Source: Candidatus Latescibacterota bacterium (GTDB lineage: Bacteria > Latescibacterota > UBA2968 > UBA8231). Taken from it: a stretch of 64,000 nucleotides of DNA. The notes below the pieces were generated by a model. It searched no databases and was not told the origin of the DNA. It saw only the letters and a program-made list of their open reading frames with translations. This document shows, one piece after another, positions 19,591 to 29,134 of this stretch. The stretch's first letter is position 1. Every line of letters begins with the position of its first letter. A program made the translations under genes and the position numbers. The stretch lies in assembly GCA_965242865.1 (NCBI GenBank), contig CBDETK010000013.1:576001-640000 (forward strand). The letters are read 5' to 3'.

Positions 19591-20471
19591 GAGGTGCGGG
19601 TCCAATGAGCAGGCTCGACGCCGGCTTGAGCCACGTCATGTCCTATCGCCCCGAGCATTTAACTGAGAACCCGTGTATCCTCGTCCAAGGCGACGCCACA
19701 AAGAGGGACACCCTGAAACGCGAATGCGCGGACTTGATCGTTACATCGCCGCCTTACAACATAGGCAAAGCCTACAATGGGTATGCGGAAGCCGATGAAA
19801 AATCCTACGACGATTATTTGAAGTTCTCTAAAAAGTGGCTGCGGAACTGCTACTTTTGGACTCGACCAACCGGCCGTCTATGTGTCAATGTGTCAATTGA
19901 CAAAAATCGCAACGGAAAAGTCCCACTATCCGCCGATATAACCAAAATAGCAATGGATGCCGGATGGTCTTATCATGCTACCATTATATGGAACGAGGGA
20001 AACATTAGCCGTCGGACGGCTTGGGGCAGTTGGAAATCTGCTAGCGCACCGCACATCATCGCGCCGGTTGAAACAATTATTGTCCTCTATAAGGGCCGCT
20101 GGAAGCGGGAACGACAGGGTACGAGTGACATTAGCGGAGAAGAGTTCAAGGATTGGGTATTGGGAGTTTGGAATTTTAACGGTGAAAGTGCAAAACGGAT
20201 TGGGCACGAAGCCCCGTTCCCACGTGCCTTACCGGAGCGGTGCATTAAGTTGCTATCTTTTCCCGGCGATACCGTGCTCGATCCATTTGCTGGCTCTGGT
20301 ACCACCTTGATAGAGGCGGTGGAACGCGGGCGGAGTGCGCTTGGGATCGAGCTAGAAAAGAAATACTGCGACCTGATTAAGCAAAGGATTGAAAAGGAAT
20401 GCAAAGTGAGATTGGAGACATCACAACAGGTGACGCCGGCGAAATCTACACTTCTCTGCTGGGCGGCATAG
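19179..20471 (+). CDS. Beta-class N4/N6 DNA methyltransferase, in frame with the IS1595 N-terminus; possible internal start at 19605
   Basis: DLIVTSPPY, HEAPFP, VLDPFAGSGTT; GGAGGT SD upstream of ATG 19605. Confidence 0.9.
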   Translation: MMTQPIVSNYDLFRLFSGEDEESARTRLESVRWGGHIICPHCGSHNIYTRTGKRTGIHDCRDCLSYFSVRTGTVFENSRIALRDWIHAIYLLMTAHKDISSIQLSKEMGVTQKTGWLILHRLHTACGGNMEALRGMVGGAGPMSRLDAGLSHVMSYRPEHLTENPCILVQGDATKRDTLKRECADLIVTSPPYNIGKAYNGYAEADEKSYDDYLKFSKKWLRNCYFWTRPTGRLCVNVSIDKNRNGKVPLSADITKIAMDAGWSYHATIIWNEGNISRRTAWGSWKSASAPHIIAPVETIIVLYKGRWKRERQGTSDISGEEFKDWVLGVWNFNGESAKRIGHEAPFPRALPERCIKLLSFPGDTVLDPFAGSGTTLIEAVERGRSALGIELEKKYCDLIKQRIEKECKVRLETSQQVTPAKSTLLCWAA

Positions 20472-20980
20472 CTTCCTATCGCTCCGCGCATGAGTTCATA
20501 GGCACTGCCTACGAGATGTATCTATCCGGGTATCCAACTAACCCAAGCGTCAATGGCAAAGTATTTGAACTGCTCGTATTTGAAACCTTGGTACGCGAGA
20601 ATGTGCTCCCGTTTTACTATCAAGCGCAGATCTCCCTCGTTCCAAACGTCGTCTTCGATTTTGTCTGTTTTAACCTCAGAAAACCTGTCGTTCTCTCGTG
20701 CAAGGTCTCGTTGCGCGAACGCTACAAACAGGCCGACCTTGAAGGTACGGTCTTGCGGCAAGTCTATCGCTTGGCCGAAAGTTATCTCTTGACGTTAAGC
20801 GATGAACAAACGGGAGTTCAGGACAAGATCGTGAAAGGGGACATTGCTGGCTTGGCCTCTTGCATCCGAGCGGATTCCGAACAGTACACCCGCCTGCTGG
20901 CCGAACTCTCCAAACGCGAGTTTGTAGAGGCGAGCCCTATAAAGCCGTTGTGCGGTTCGTTATTTTCGTTATCCCAGTAA
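20399..20980 (+). CDS. Putative type II restriction endonuclease, CCGG-family (Cfr10I/NgoMIV/EcoRII-C-like motif)
   Basis: NGKVFE, FDFV..LSCKVSLRERYKQADLE; overlaps the MTase 3' end. Confidence 0.7.
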   Translation: MQSEIGDITTGDAGEIYTSLLGGIASYRSAHEFIGTAYEMYLSGYPTNPSVNGKVFELLVFETLVRENVLPFYYQAQISLVPNVVFDFVCFNLRKPVVLSCKVSLRERYKQADLEGTVLRQVYRLAESYLLTLSDEQTGVQDKIVKGDIAGLASCIRADSEQYTRLLAELSKREFVEASPIKPLCGSLFSLSQ

Positions 20981-20996
20981 ACCGTTGCCTAACGCC

Positions 20997-21020
20997 CGGG
21001 GCCAATTATCATTAGCCCCG
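20997..21020. terminator. Hairpin CGGGGC..GCCCCG after the R-M cassette
   Basis: Inverted repeat; no clear U-tract. Confidence 0.35.
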
Positions 21021-21048
21021 AGGTACTTCCACTAAGGAGGGATTGCAG

Positions 21049-23712
21049 GTGAACCGGAGATGGATATGCCAGACGGCAATCGCCGTCCTGTGGCTCGGCA
21101 GTGCGACCGCCGACGCCCAGACCTATGGAGCGCGCACGGGCACGGTCAAACGAGGCGGGGTGGTTTCCTTTGAGCCCCAGGGGCCGGGCGTCCTGTTCGA
21201 TGCTCTCGACCCGGCCAAGCGCCGGTGGTACGTGCCGCAAGAGCTGTTTAACGAATACCAGTGGCGGCAATGGGAATACTCCAACTACGCCCGCGATCAC
21301 TACCAGCGCTACGTCAGCGCCATCCACGAGGGCGATTACTACTACGACCTCTACGGCAACCTCATCACCCGCGGCTGGCTGATTTTCAACAACTCCCAGA
21401 CCCAGCCCCGGCAGTTTGGCTCTTCGGTGCTGAAGTCTGGAAAATTCGAGGGCTGGTTTAGCGGCTTGGTCGTCTCGGCCGACTCTCGGGGCCAGCACCA
21501 CTACGCCCTGACGGCCGGCACCAAGATCCGCTCGACCCTGACGCCGATGACCTTTTCCAAGCCGCGCTGGGACGGCATTCAATTCGACTACGCGGCCGAC
21601 AAATACCAAGGCACCCTGATTTACTCGCGCATCAGCCGCCCCGGGGGCACGTCGACCAACGATCAAGAGAGCTTGGTCACCAACGCCACGTCCATGTTCG
21701 GCAGCCGCGTCACCGCGCAGGTGGGCGACTTTGCCACGCTCGGTTTGACCATGGTCAACGCCCACCAGTCCAACACCCTCATCGACGGCTTTACCGGCAA
21801 CCCCTTCACCGGCGAGCTATCGGTCGATCAAAACCAGACCGTCTCGATCATCGAGATCGTCTTGCGCGACGACAGCCCGGCCGATGGGGTCGGCGGCGCG
21901 GCCTTCTTCAGCGCCGGCTCGGACATCATCATCACCTATCTCGACGGCACCCAAGAAAACGGCAAGGCCATTCGCTTTGAGCCGATCGTCGAGGGCGGCC
22001 TCGTGGGCGAAGGCTTCCTTTCGGCCGACGGCGTCGAGGAAATTCGCCTGCGCTACGACTTTGACAGCCCGGCCTTTGTCAACCGCGCTTCCGGGACCAA
22101 AGAAGAGATCAAAAAGGTCGAGTTCCGCCTCGTGCTGGGCAACGACTATCAGGTCTGGGTTACCTCCGACAGCCAGCTCAACGCGAGCGGCGAGTCCGTG
22201 CTGTTGCTCGTCGCCCAAGCCGCGGGCAACGTGCGAGACAACACCAATTTGCAGATCGTCAGCTTCGACTATGGCCTCCCGACCTCCACCCAGATCTGGG
22301 GAGCCACCCTAGAACTGAAAAAGGTCCTCGGCTTTGACTTCTACGGCGAGTACGACCTTAGCTACAGCTACACCAAATACCCCAATGTGGTTGCCAAGAC
22401 CCACACCACCTTTTCGGGCATCCGCGGCGACCGGGCTGCGGCCGCGTGGATGATAAACCTGTCGCGGGCCGCGTTTCCCTTCTTCTTCTTGGGCGAGGCG
22501 TACAGCATGGATCCGCGCTACTCCACCCGCACGTTCACCGCCCAAGGCGATGGCTTTATCGACTACGAGGACGAGCGCATCCACGTGGTCGAGCTCGTCG
22601 AGGACAACGACGACCAAGACGAATTTCCCGACACCGTGCGCAAGGACTGGCAGACCGGCGACCCAAGCGTCTTTCCCGGCTGGGACGAGAACAACGACTT
22701 CATCTCGGATTTCAATCAGAACGACAACCGCTTCTTGAGCAACCTCATCCCAGACTACGAGGAGCCGTTTTTGCGCCACAACGTCGATCGGCCCGAATTC
22801 CTCTTCGGCATTGACCTAAACAACAACCTGTGGGTCGATCGCTTTGAAAACGACGAACTACCCGACTATCCCTACAAGAAGGATCACCGCGGGTACAACG
22901 CCTACGGCGGCGTCCACCTCACCCCAGAGGTGCGGCTGATGGTCGGCGTCTTGCGCGAGGGCCTCATTTCTTCCAATCAGAAAAACCACGCCAATTACGC
23001 CTTGCTGACCCTCGACCGCCACACGCCCACTTGGGGGCGCTTCCGCGTCTTTGAGATGCTCAAATCCACCACCGACGACATTCCCGACGACCTCTTGCAG
23101 TGGCTGCCCAGTGCCAATATCCGCACCGGCGAACCGACCAAGGTCGAGGATCCGCTCATCGCCCGCGACGCTTGGATCAACAGCCTGTGGATCGGCCACG
23201 ACTACGAGCTGCGCGGCCTGCTGACGGCCAATTTTATCAAGTACGACCTGTACCACTCGCGGCTCAGCGCCAACGAGCGCGCGCTGTTGGGCCTGCGCCA
23301 GCGCGACTTTTTCTTTGGCCTGATCAACAAGATCAGCTACCGCTTCGACTTTGGCCGCCTGTGGCTGGAGCCGCGCTGGAAAAGCGAGTACCGCCGCCAA
23401 AGCCGCGACCTGATTGCGGCCGAAAAGCGCACCGAGCTAGCCGAGATCGGCGGCTTTATCCTCGGCTTTCCCCTGCTGAGCCACACGAACCTGCTGAGCG
23501 GGCTGGAGCTGACCTTCCTCAACGACATGGAGCGCGACTCCAACGACTTCAACGGCCTAGTCTGGGCCTTGCAGCTATCCAATATCTCCGATTACCTCGG
23601 CTACAAGGTCACGACCCATGCGGGCATGAAAATCGACCGCCACCAGCCCCGGGGCGAGGACGCCGTGATCATTAACCAGTTCTTCATTTCCATCTACGCC
23701 GGCTTGCAATAA
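21049..23712 (+). CDS. Large exported hypothetical protein, probable outer-membrane beta-barrel with Asp/Asn-rich Ca-binding-like loops
   Basis: SD AAGGAGG then GTG; signal peptide; alternating hydrophobic C-terminal strands; EDNDDQD, DENNDFISD, DLNNN. Confidence 0.6.
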   Translation: MNRRWICQTAIAVLWLGSATADAQTYGARTGTVKRGGVVSFEPQGPGVLFDALDPAKRRWYVPQELFNEYQWRQWEYSNYARDHYQRYVSAIHEGDYYYDLYGNLITRGWLIFNNSQTQPRQFGSSVLKSGKFEGWFSGLVVSADSRGQHHYALTAGTKIRSTLTPMTFSKPRWDGIQFDYAADKYQGTLIYSRISRPGGTSTNDQESLVTNATSMFGSRVTAQVGDFATLGLTMVNAHQSNTLIDGFTGNPFTGELSVDQNQTVSIIEIVLRDDSPADGVGGAAFFSAGSDIIITYLDGTQENGKAIRFEPIVEGGLVGEGFLSADGVEEIRLRYDFDSPAFVNRASGTKEEIKKVEFRLVLGNDYQVWVTSDSQLNASGESVLLLVAQAAGNVRDNTNLQIVSFDYGLPTSTQIWGATLELKKVLGFDFYGEYDLSYSYTKYPNVVAKTHTTFSGIRGDRAAAAWMINLSRAAFPFFFLGEAYSMDPRYSTRTFTAQGDGFIDYEDERIHVVELVEDNDDQDEFPDTVRKDWQTGDPSVFPGWDENNDFISDFNQNDNRFLSNLIPDYEEPFLRHNVDRPEFLFGIDLNNNLWVDRFENDELPDYPYKKDHRGYNAYGGVHLTPEVRLMVGVLREGLISSNQKNHANYALLTLDRHTPTWGRFRVFEMLKSTTDDIPDDLLQWLPSANIRTGEPTKVEDPLIARDAWINSLWIGHDYELRGLLTANFIKYDLYHSRLSANERALLGLRQRDFFFGLINKISYRFDFGRLWLEPRWKSEYRRQSRDLIAAEKRTELAEIGGFILGFPLLSHTNLLSGLELTFLNDMERDSNDFNGLVWALQLSNISDYLGYKVTTHAGMKIDRHQPRGEDAVIINQFFISIYAGLQ

Positions 23713-23725
23713 GCGCACAGGACGC

Positions 23726-25936
23726 ATGGCTAGACGCTGGATGTTCTATGGGGTGGGGGCCGTCTTCGCGCTCGCCCTCTCAGCGCGCCTGTACTACCTC
23801 CACGAACTACGCGCCAGCCCGCTTTTCACCGCGCCCGTCGTCGATGCGCGCACCTATACCGAGGACGCGCGCTACCTCAGCGACGTCTCCTTTGCGGGTC
23901 GGCCCGCGCCCTTCTGGCAACCGCCGTTCTACCCCGTGCTCCTCGGCGTCCTCTTTGCCCTCGCCGGAGACGACCTCTACCTGCCGCGCTTCATCCAAGC
24001 CATCCTCGGCGCGCTCGTCTGCGTCCTCATAAGCCTGTTGGGGCACCGGGTCTTTGGCGCCGGAGTCGGGCTGGGCGCGGGGTTTGCCGCGGCCTTGTAC
24101 GGGCCGCTCATCTACTTTGGCGGCGAGTTGCTGCCGACCCTGCTGGCCTGTGGCCTCAATGTGCTCGTGCTGGTACTCGTAGTCGGCGCGGGGGGTTGGC
24201 AGCGCGCCCTAGCGGCCGGGGTGTTGCTGGGCCTGTCCGCGCTGACCGTGGCCAACGTGCTGCTCTGCGCGCCCGTGCTGTTGGGCTATCTCTACGGGCG
24301 GCAACGCCGGCTCCGGGCACCGGCCCTCCTGCTCTTGGGCTGTGCCTTGGTCATCGCGCCGGTCGCGTATCGCAACTGGGCGGTCGGCGGCGATCTAGTG
24401 CTCATCTCGCACAACGCCGGCATCAACTTTTACATCGGCAACAACGCCGACTCCGCGCAAACGACCCGCATCCGCCCGGGCCGAGCTTGGGCCGAGCTGG
24501 TGGAAATGCCCGAGCGCCGCGCCGGCATTGAGCAGCCTTCGGCCAAGTCGCGCTATTTTTTCGCCCAGTCTTGGCAGTACATGCGCTCTGAGCCGCTCGA
24601 TTTCTTGCGCTCGCTGGCCTACAAGGGCTACCTGTTCCTGCGCGGCGACGAGCTCCCGCGCAACCGTGACCCCTACTTCGCCCGCAACGATTCTGGGCTG
24701 CTGTCGATCCTGCTGTGGAAAAAGGGACTGGCGTTTCCCTTCGGGTTGGTCGCGCCGCTGGCGTTGTTGGGGCTTTGGGGCGTTTCGCGCTCCTCCTCGC
24801 CCGAAGGACGCTTGCTCGCGCTCTTTGTGGCCTGCTACGCGCTTTCCGTGGTGCTGTTTTTCGTCACCGGGCGCTATCGCCTGCCCGCCGTGCCCGTGCT
24901 GTTGTTGTTCGCGGCTTGTGGCGTACGCGTCCTGTGGCAGCGCCCTCGGCCGGCCCTCGCTGCTTTGGCCGGCCTGTTGGTCTTTTGCAATGTGGGCGCG
25001 GGGGCGATGGACTCAGCGGGCAATGCCCACGAACACTACTACCTCGGGTACGCGTACGAAGCGCGGGACATGCCGGCCCACGCGGCCCGCCACTACGGGC
25101 GCGCCATCGCCCGCGACCCGGACTTCCCCGAGCCCGTCCTCGCGCTCGCAGCGCTCCACGGCGAGGCCGAGCGCTACGACGAGGCCATGGCCCTCTATCG
25201 GCAGTACCTCCAAGCGCGGCCCCACGACGCGGATGTGCGCTTTCTCCTCGGCCACACCGCGCTGCTCGCTCGGCACTACGACGAGGCGGCAGCCGCGTAT
25301 TCCGAGGTTGCGGCCGCGCGGCCCCACTGGGCGGCCGCGCACGGTGGCCTCGGCTACGCCCTCCTGATGACGGACCAACCCCAGCGTGCGGCCCAGTGCT
25401 ATCGCCGCACGCTCGAACTGAACCCAGACTCGACGCTCGTGCGCTATCAACTGGCCCGCCTGTACGCGGAGCAGGGGCAACACCGTGCGGCCATCGCCGA
25501 GTTTGAGCAGCTCGTGCAGCGCACACCGCACGTGCCCGAATACCCAACCCGCCTCGCCGACCTGCTCATCGAGCTCGAACAAGGCACGGGCATGGCCCTC
25601 GGGCAGACGGAGCGGCTCGCGGAAGCGGAACACCTCTTGCGTCGCGCCATTGCCCTCGCCCCCAAGGCCGCGCATCCCCATTGGAGCCTAGGGATGCTCT
25701 ATGCTCGCCAAGCGCGCTATCCAGAGGCCGTGCCCCTGTTTGAACGTTTGCGCCAGCTCGCTCCGCACGACTATCAGGTCCATCTATTCCTCGGCCACCT
25801 GTACCAGCGCACTGGACGCCCAGCCGACGCGGCAGCTCAATTCGCGGCCTTTAGCCGTGGCCAGCGCGCCTACCAGATGAAAAAGGTGGTGCGCCGAGAA
25901 ATGGAAGCCCAGATCGAACAAATTTTCGGCGGTTGA
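23726..25936 (+). CDS. GT-C (GT39/PMT_2-like) glycosyltransferase with C-terminal TPRs
   Basis: VDARTY, FWQPPFYP, GINFYIGNN, RYRLP; TPRs. Confidence 0.8.
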   Translation: MARRWMFYGVGAVFALALSARLYYLHELRASPLFTAPVVDARTYTEDARYLSDVSFAGRPAPFWQPPFYPVLLGVLFALAGDDLYLPRFIQAILGALVCVLISLLGHRVFGAGVGLGAGFAAALYGPLIYFGGELLPTLLACGLNVLVLVLVVGAGGWQRALAAGVLLGLSALTVANVLLCAPVLLGYLYGRQRRLRAPALLLLGCALVIAPVAYRNWAVGGDLVLISHNAGINFYIGNNADSAQTTRIRPGRAWAELVEMPERRAGIEQPSAKSRYFFAQSWQYMRSEPLDFLRSLAYKGYLFLRGDELPRNRDPYFARNDSGLLSILLWKKGLAFPFGLVAPLALLGLWGVSRSSSPEGRLLALFVACYALSVVLFFVTGRYRLPAVPVLLLFAACGVRVLWQRPRPALAALAGLLVFCNVGAGAMDSAGNAHEHYYLGYAYEARDMPAHAARHYGRAIARDPDFPEPVLALAALHGEAERYDEAMALYRQYLQARPHDADVRFLLGHTALLARHYDEAAAAYSEVAAARPHWAAAHGGLGYALLMTDQPQRAAQCYRRTLELNPDSTLVRYQLARLYAEQGQHRAAIAEFEQLVQRTPHVPEYPTRLADLLIELEQGTGMALGQTERLAEAEHLLRRAIALAPKAAHPHWSLGMLYARQARYPEAVPLFERLRQLAPHDYQVHLFLGHLYQRTGRPADAAAQFAAFSRGQRAYQMKKVVRREMEAQIEQIFGG

Positions 25937-25957
25937 TCCGCAGAAAGCGACTTCTCG

Positions 25958-28900
25958 ATGTACAACGCGAGCCGCTGGGCCGTTTTCGGGCTGTTCTTTT
26001 TCTCTGGGGCCTGCGCCCTAATCTATCAAATCACTTGGCTGCGCCTCTTCCGGCTGGCGATGGGCAATACGGTCTTTACCTCGGCCACGGTGTTGACCGC
26101 GTTTATGGCCGGGCTGGCGTTGGGCAGTTGGCTCGCCGGCCGGATCGCCGACCGCACGGGCCGGCCCCTGCGCGTGTACGCCGTGCTAGAAGTGCTCATC
26201 GGCCTTTGCGGCTTGGCCATGATGCCGGCCTTTAGCGCGATAGAACCGGTCTATGGCTGGCTCTATCGTGCGTTGGATGGAACCGGCCTTTGGCTCGGGG
26301 TGGGGCGCTTTTTCGCGTCGGCCGCCCTGTTGGCCCTGCCCACGACCCTGATGGGCGCGACCCTGCCGCTGTTGAGCCGCTTTACCACCCAACGGCTTGA
26401 GCGCATGGGGCGCGACTTGGGGCGGCTCTACGCGCTCAATACGCTCGGGGCCGCGCTCGGGGCCGCGCTGACCGGGTTCCTGTTGGTCCCTTCCCTGGGG
26501 GTGCAGACCACGCTGTGGACAGCGGCCGGGGCCAATGTGCTCATCGGCGCGCTGGCCTTTGTCCTCGCGGACGCGCCTTCGGCCCGCACCCCTGCAGACG
26601 AACCGGCGTCGCGCCGAGGCGACCCGGCCGCGCTGTGGGCACTCGGACTGACGGGTTTTGCCGCCATGATCTACGAGGTGAGCTGGACTCGCACCCTCTC
26701 GCTGCTCATCGGCTCCTCAGTGTATGCGTTTACCTTGATGCTGGTGGCCTTTATCTGCGGGCTGGGGCTGGGCAGCTTGGTGCTGGCCGGCTGGATTGAC
26801 CGCCGGGCGCGGCTCTTTGGCGTCCTCGCCCTGTTGGAGCTGGCCGTCGGCCTAACGGCTCTGCTGGTCGAGCCGCTCTTTGGCCTGCTGCCCCTCGTGG
26901 TCGTCGAGCTGGTCAACCGCTATGCCGGCTCCTTTGGGCTGCTGCATTTGAGCGAATTTCTCATGGCCTTCGGCCTGATGTTCCTGCCGACGTTTGCGGC
27001 CGGCGGCATCTTCCCGGCCGCGGCCAAGCTCTACACCCGGCACCTCTCCACAGTGGGCAAGTCGGTCGGCGATGCGTACGCGGCCAACACGCTCGGGGCC
27101 GTGCTCGGGGCCTTTGCCGGGGGCTTTCTCTTGATTCCCCTTATCGGAGTGCAGGCCAGCATTCTCGCGGCCACCACCCTCAATCTAGGGTTGGGCCTTT
27201 ACTTCCTCTGGCGCGATGGCCGGTTTAGCCGGCCGCTGGTCCGCGTGCTGGCGCCCGGCCTGCTGCTGTTGCCCCTAGCGGTTTCGCGCCTGCCGGCTTG
27301 GGACGTGGCCCTGCTCAACAGCGCCCCGTACCTCTACGCCGAGCAGTATCAGAGCGCGGCCCGCCTCACCGGGCAAGGCGTGGCGCATGCCATTGGGCGC
27401 GATCGCCGCTTGCTCTATGCCAAAGAAGGCATGACCGCGACGGTGACCGCGTGGGAATGGCGCGGCGAGCGGTTCATGCGGGTCAACGGCAAGGTCGTTG
27501 CCTCCTCGCAGGGCAAGGACTTGCGCTCGCACGCGCTCTTGGCTCATCTGCCGCTGCTGTTGCACGAGGATCCCCAAGACGTGCTGCTGATCGGCTTGGG
27601 CTGCGGCATCAGCTTGGGCGCGGCCTTGTGCCACCCGATTGAGGCCATTGACTGCGTCGAGCTGTCGCCCGAAGTCGTGGAGGCGACCGAACTCTTTAGC
27701 GAGGTGAACCAAGACGCGCTCGCGGACCCGCGCACCCGGATGATCGTCGGCGACGGCCGCAACCACCTCGCGCTTTCCGAGGGCCGCTACGACGTCATCA
27801 TCTCCCAGCCTTCGAGCTTGTGGATTGCCGGCATGGTGGATCTGTTCACCCGCGAGTTTTTCCACGACTGCCGCCAAAAGCTCGCGCCCGGGGGCTTGGC
27901 CGGCGTTTGGCTCCAAGCCTACGCGCTCGAACCCGAGGATGTGCAAACCATTGTCGCCACGTTTGCCCACGCCTTCCCGCACGTGTCGGTCTGGGAGCTA
28001 ATCCCCGGGATTGACTACTTGCTCGTCGGCTCGGCCGCGCCAGTGCCGGTGGGATTGGACCGGCTCACGGCGCGCTTGGACCGGCCCGGGGTGCGGCGCG
28101 ACTTGGCGCGCAGCGGCGGGGGCGACGCCCTCGATGTGCTCTGCTCGTATGTCATGGGCGATCGAGGGGTTAAACAGCTCGCGGGCGATGCCCCGCTCAA
28201 CACCGACGACAATGCCCGGCTGGAGTTTGCGGCCCCGCGGGGCCTGTACCGCGACCTAAGCCGCGGCTCCGGGCTGTTTTCCCTCGCGGACCTAGCCGAG
28301 GTCCGGCGCGCGGATCTGGGCTTTGTGCATCCGGCCGCGCCGCCGGAGCTAGCCCGCGCTTGGGCGGCGCGGCACCTCGCGCTGGACGGGTTGATGCACG
28401 AGCAGCGCGGCGCGTACTCCGCGGCCTTGGCCCAGCTGGGCCAAGCCGCACGGCTGCGGCCCGAGGACATAGAAGTGCGGCGCGTCTTGCCCGAACTGAG
28501 CTTCAAACTGGCCGAAGACGCCATTCGCCGGGGCCGCTTGCAACAGGCCGTGCGCTGGTACGACGAATTGCTCGCCGCGCTGCCCGACCACGCCGTGGGC
28601 CACTACCGCAAGGGCGAGCTGCACGAACACCTGCGGCAGTGGGACGTGGCGGCCGCGGCCTATCAGCGCACGACCGAGCTCGCTCCGACCTTTGTCGCCG
28701 CCCACTTGCGCCTCGGGGCCATTCACACGCGCCGCCGGGCATTCGCCGAGGCCGCGGCGACCTATCGCCGCGGCTTAAAGGCCCTGCCCGTTCACCTCGG
28801 GCTGCTCAACAACCTCGGCACCACTCTCTTGATGCAGGAGCGCTTTGCCGAGGGGGTAAGCGTCTTTCGCCAAGCCTTGGCCCTAGACTCCACGGACGCC

Positions 28901-29128
28901 CGCGTGTGGAACAACCTCGGCACGGCCTTTCTCAAGCAGCGGCAGTTTGCCGCGGCGCAGCACTATTTGACGGAAGCGGTCCAGCGGCGGCCCGAGGACG
29001 CGACCTTGCGGCTGAAACTGGCCGACGCCTATCGGGGCACGGGGGATGTGGAACGGGCGCGACAGGTGCTGGAGGAGGGACCGGACGAGCCGCGGGTGCG
29101 GGAGATGAGGGCGCAGTTGGGGGAGTGA
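25958..29128 (+). CDS. Fused membrane (MFS-like) / spermidine synthase-like domain protein with C-terminal TPRs
   Basis: SGACALIYQ, LYALNTLGA, IGLGCG, VELSPEV, GDGRNHL, YDVIISQP, NTDDNARLEF. Confidence 0.85.
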   Translation: MYNASRWAVFGLFFFSGACALIYQITWLRLFRLAMGNTVFTSATVLTAFMAGLALGSWLAGRIADRTGRPLRVYAVLEVLIGLCGLAMMPAFSAIEPVYGWLYRALDGTGLWLGVGRFFASAALLALPTTLMGATLPLLSRFTTQRLERMGRDLGRLYALNTLGAALGAALTGFLLVPSLGVQTTLWTAAGANVLIGALAFVLADAPSARTPADEPASRRGDPAALWALGLTGFAAMIYEVSWTRTLSLLIGSSVYAFTLMLVAFICGLGLGSLVLAGWIDRRARLFGVLALLELAVGLTALLVEPLFGLLPLVVVELVNRYAGSFGLLHLSEFLMAFGLMFLPTFAAGGIFPAAAKLYTRHLSTVGKSVGDAYAANTLGAVLGAFAGGFLLIPLIGVQASILAATTLNLGLGLYFLWRDGRFSRPLVRVLAPGLLLLPLAVSRLPAWDVALLNSAPYLYAEQYQSAARLTGQGVAHAIGRDRRLLYAKEGMTATVTAWEWRGERFMRVNGKVVASSQGKDLRSHALLAHLPLLLHEDPQDVLLIGLGCGISLGAALCHPIEAIDCVELSPEVVEATELFSEVNQDALADPRTRMIVGDGRNHLALSEGRYDVIISQPSSLWIAGMVDLFTREFFHDCRQKLAPGGLAGVWLQAYALEPEDVQTIVATFAHAFPHVSVWELIPGIDYLLVGSAAPVPVGLDRLTARLDRPGVRRDLARSGGGDALDVLCSYVMGDRGVKQLAGDAPLNTDDNARLEFAAPRGLYRDLSRGSGLFSLADLAEVRRADLGFVHPAAPPELARAWAARHLALDGLMHEQRGAYSAALAQLGQAARLRPEDIEVRRVLPELSFKLAEDAIRRGRLQQAVRWYDELLAALPDHAVGHYRKGELHEHLRQWDVAAAAYQRTTELAPTFVAAHLRLGAIHTRRRAFAEAAATYRRGLKALPVHLGLLNNLGTTLLMQERFAEGVSVFRQALALDSTDARVWNNLGTAFLKQRQFAAAQHYLTEAVQRRPEDATLRLKLADAYRGTGDVERARQVLEEGPDEPRVREMRAQLGE

Positions 29129-29134
29129 TTCCTC

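Noticed and set aside
18985-21090. Target duplication around the IS1595-R-M cassette (CCGTGGCCTA vs CCGTTGCCTA; orphan SD at 19005)
   Set aside because: Matches are too short and degenerate to distinguish from chance by eye
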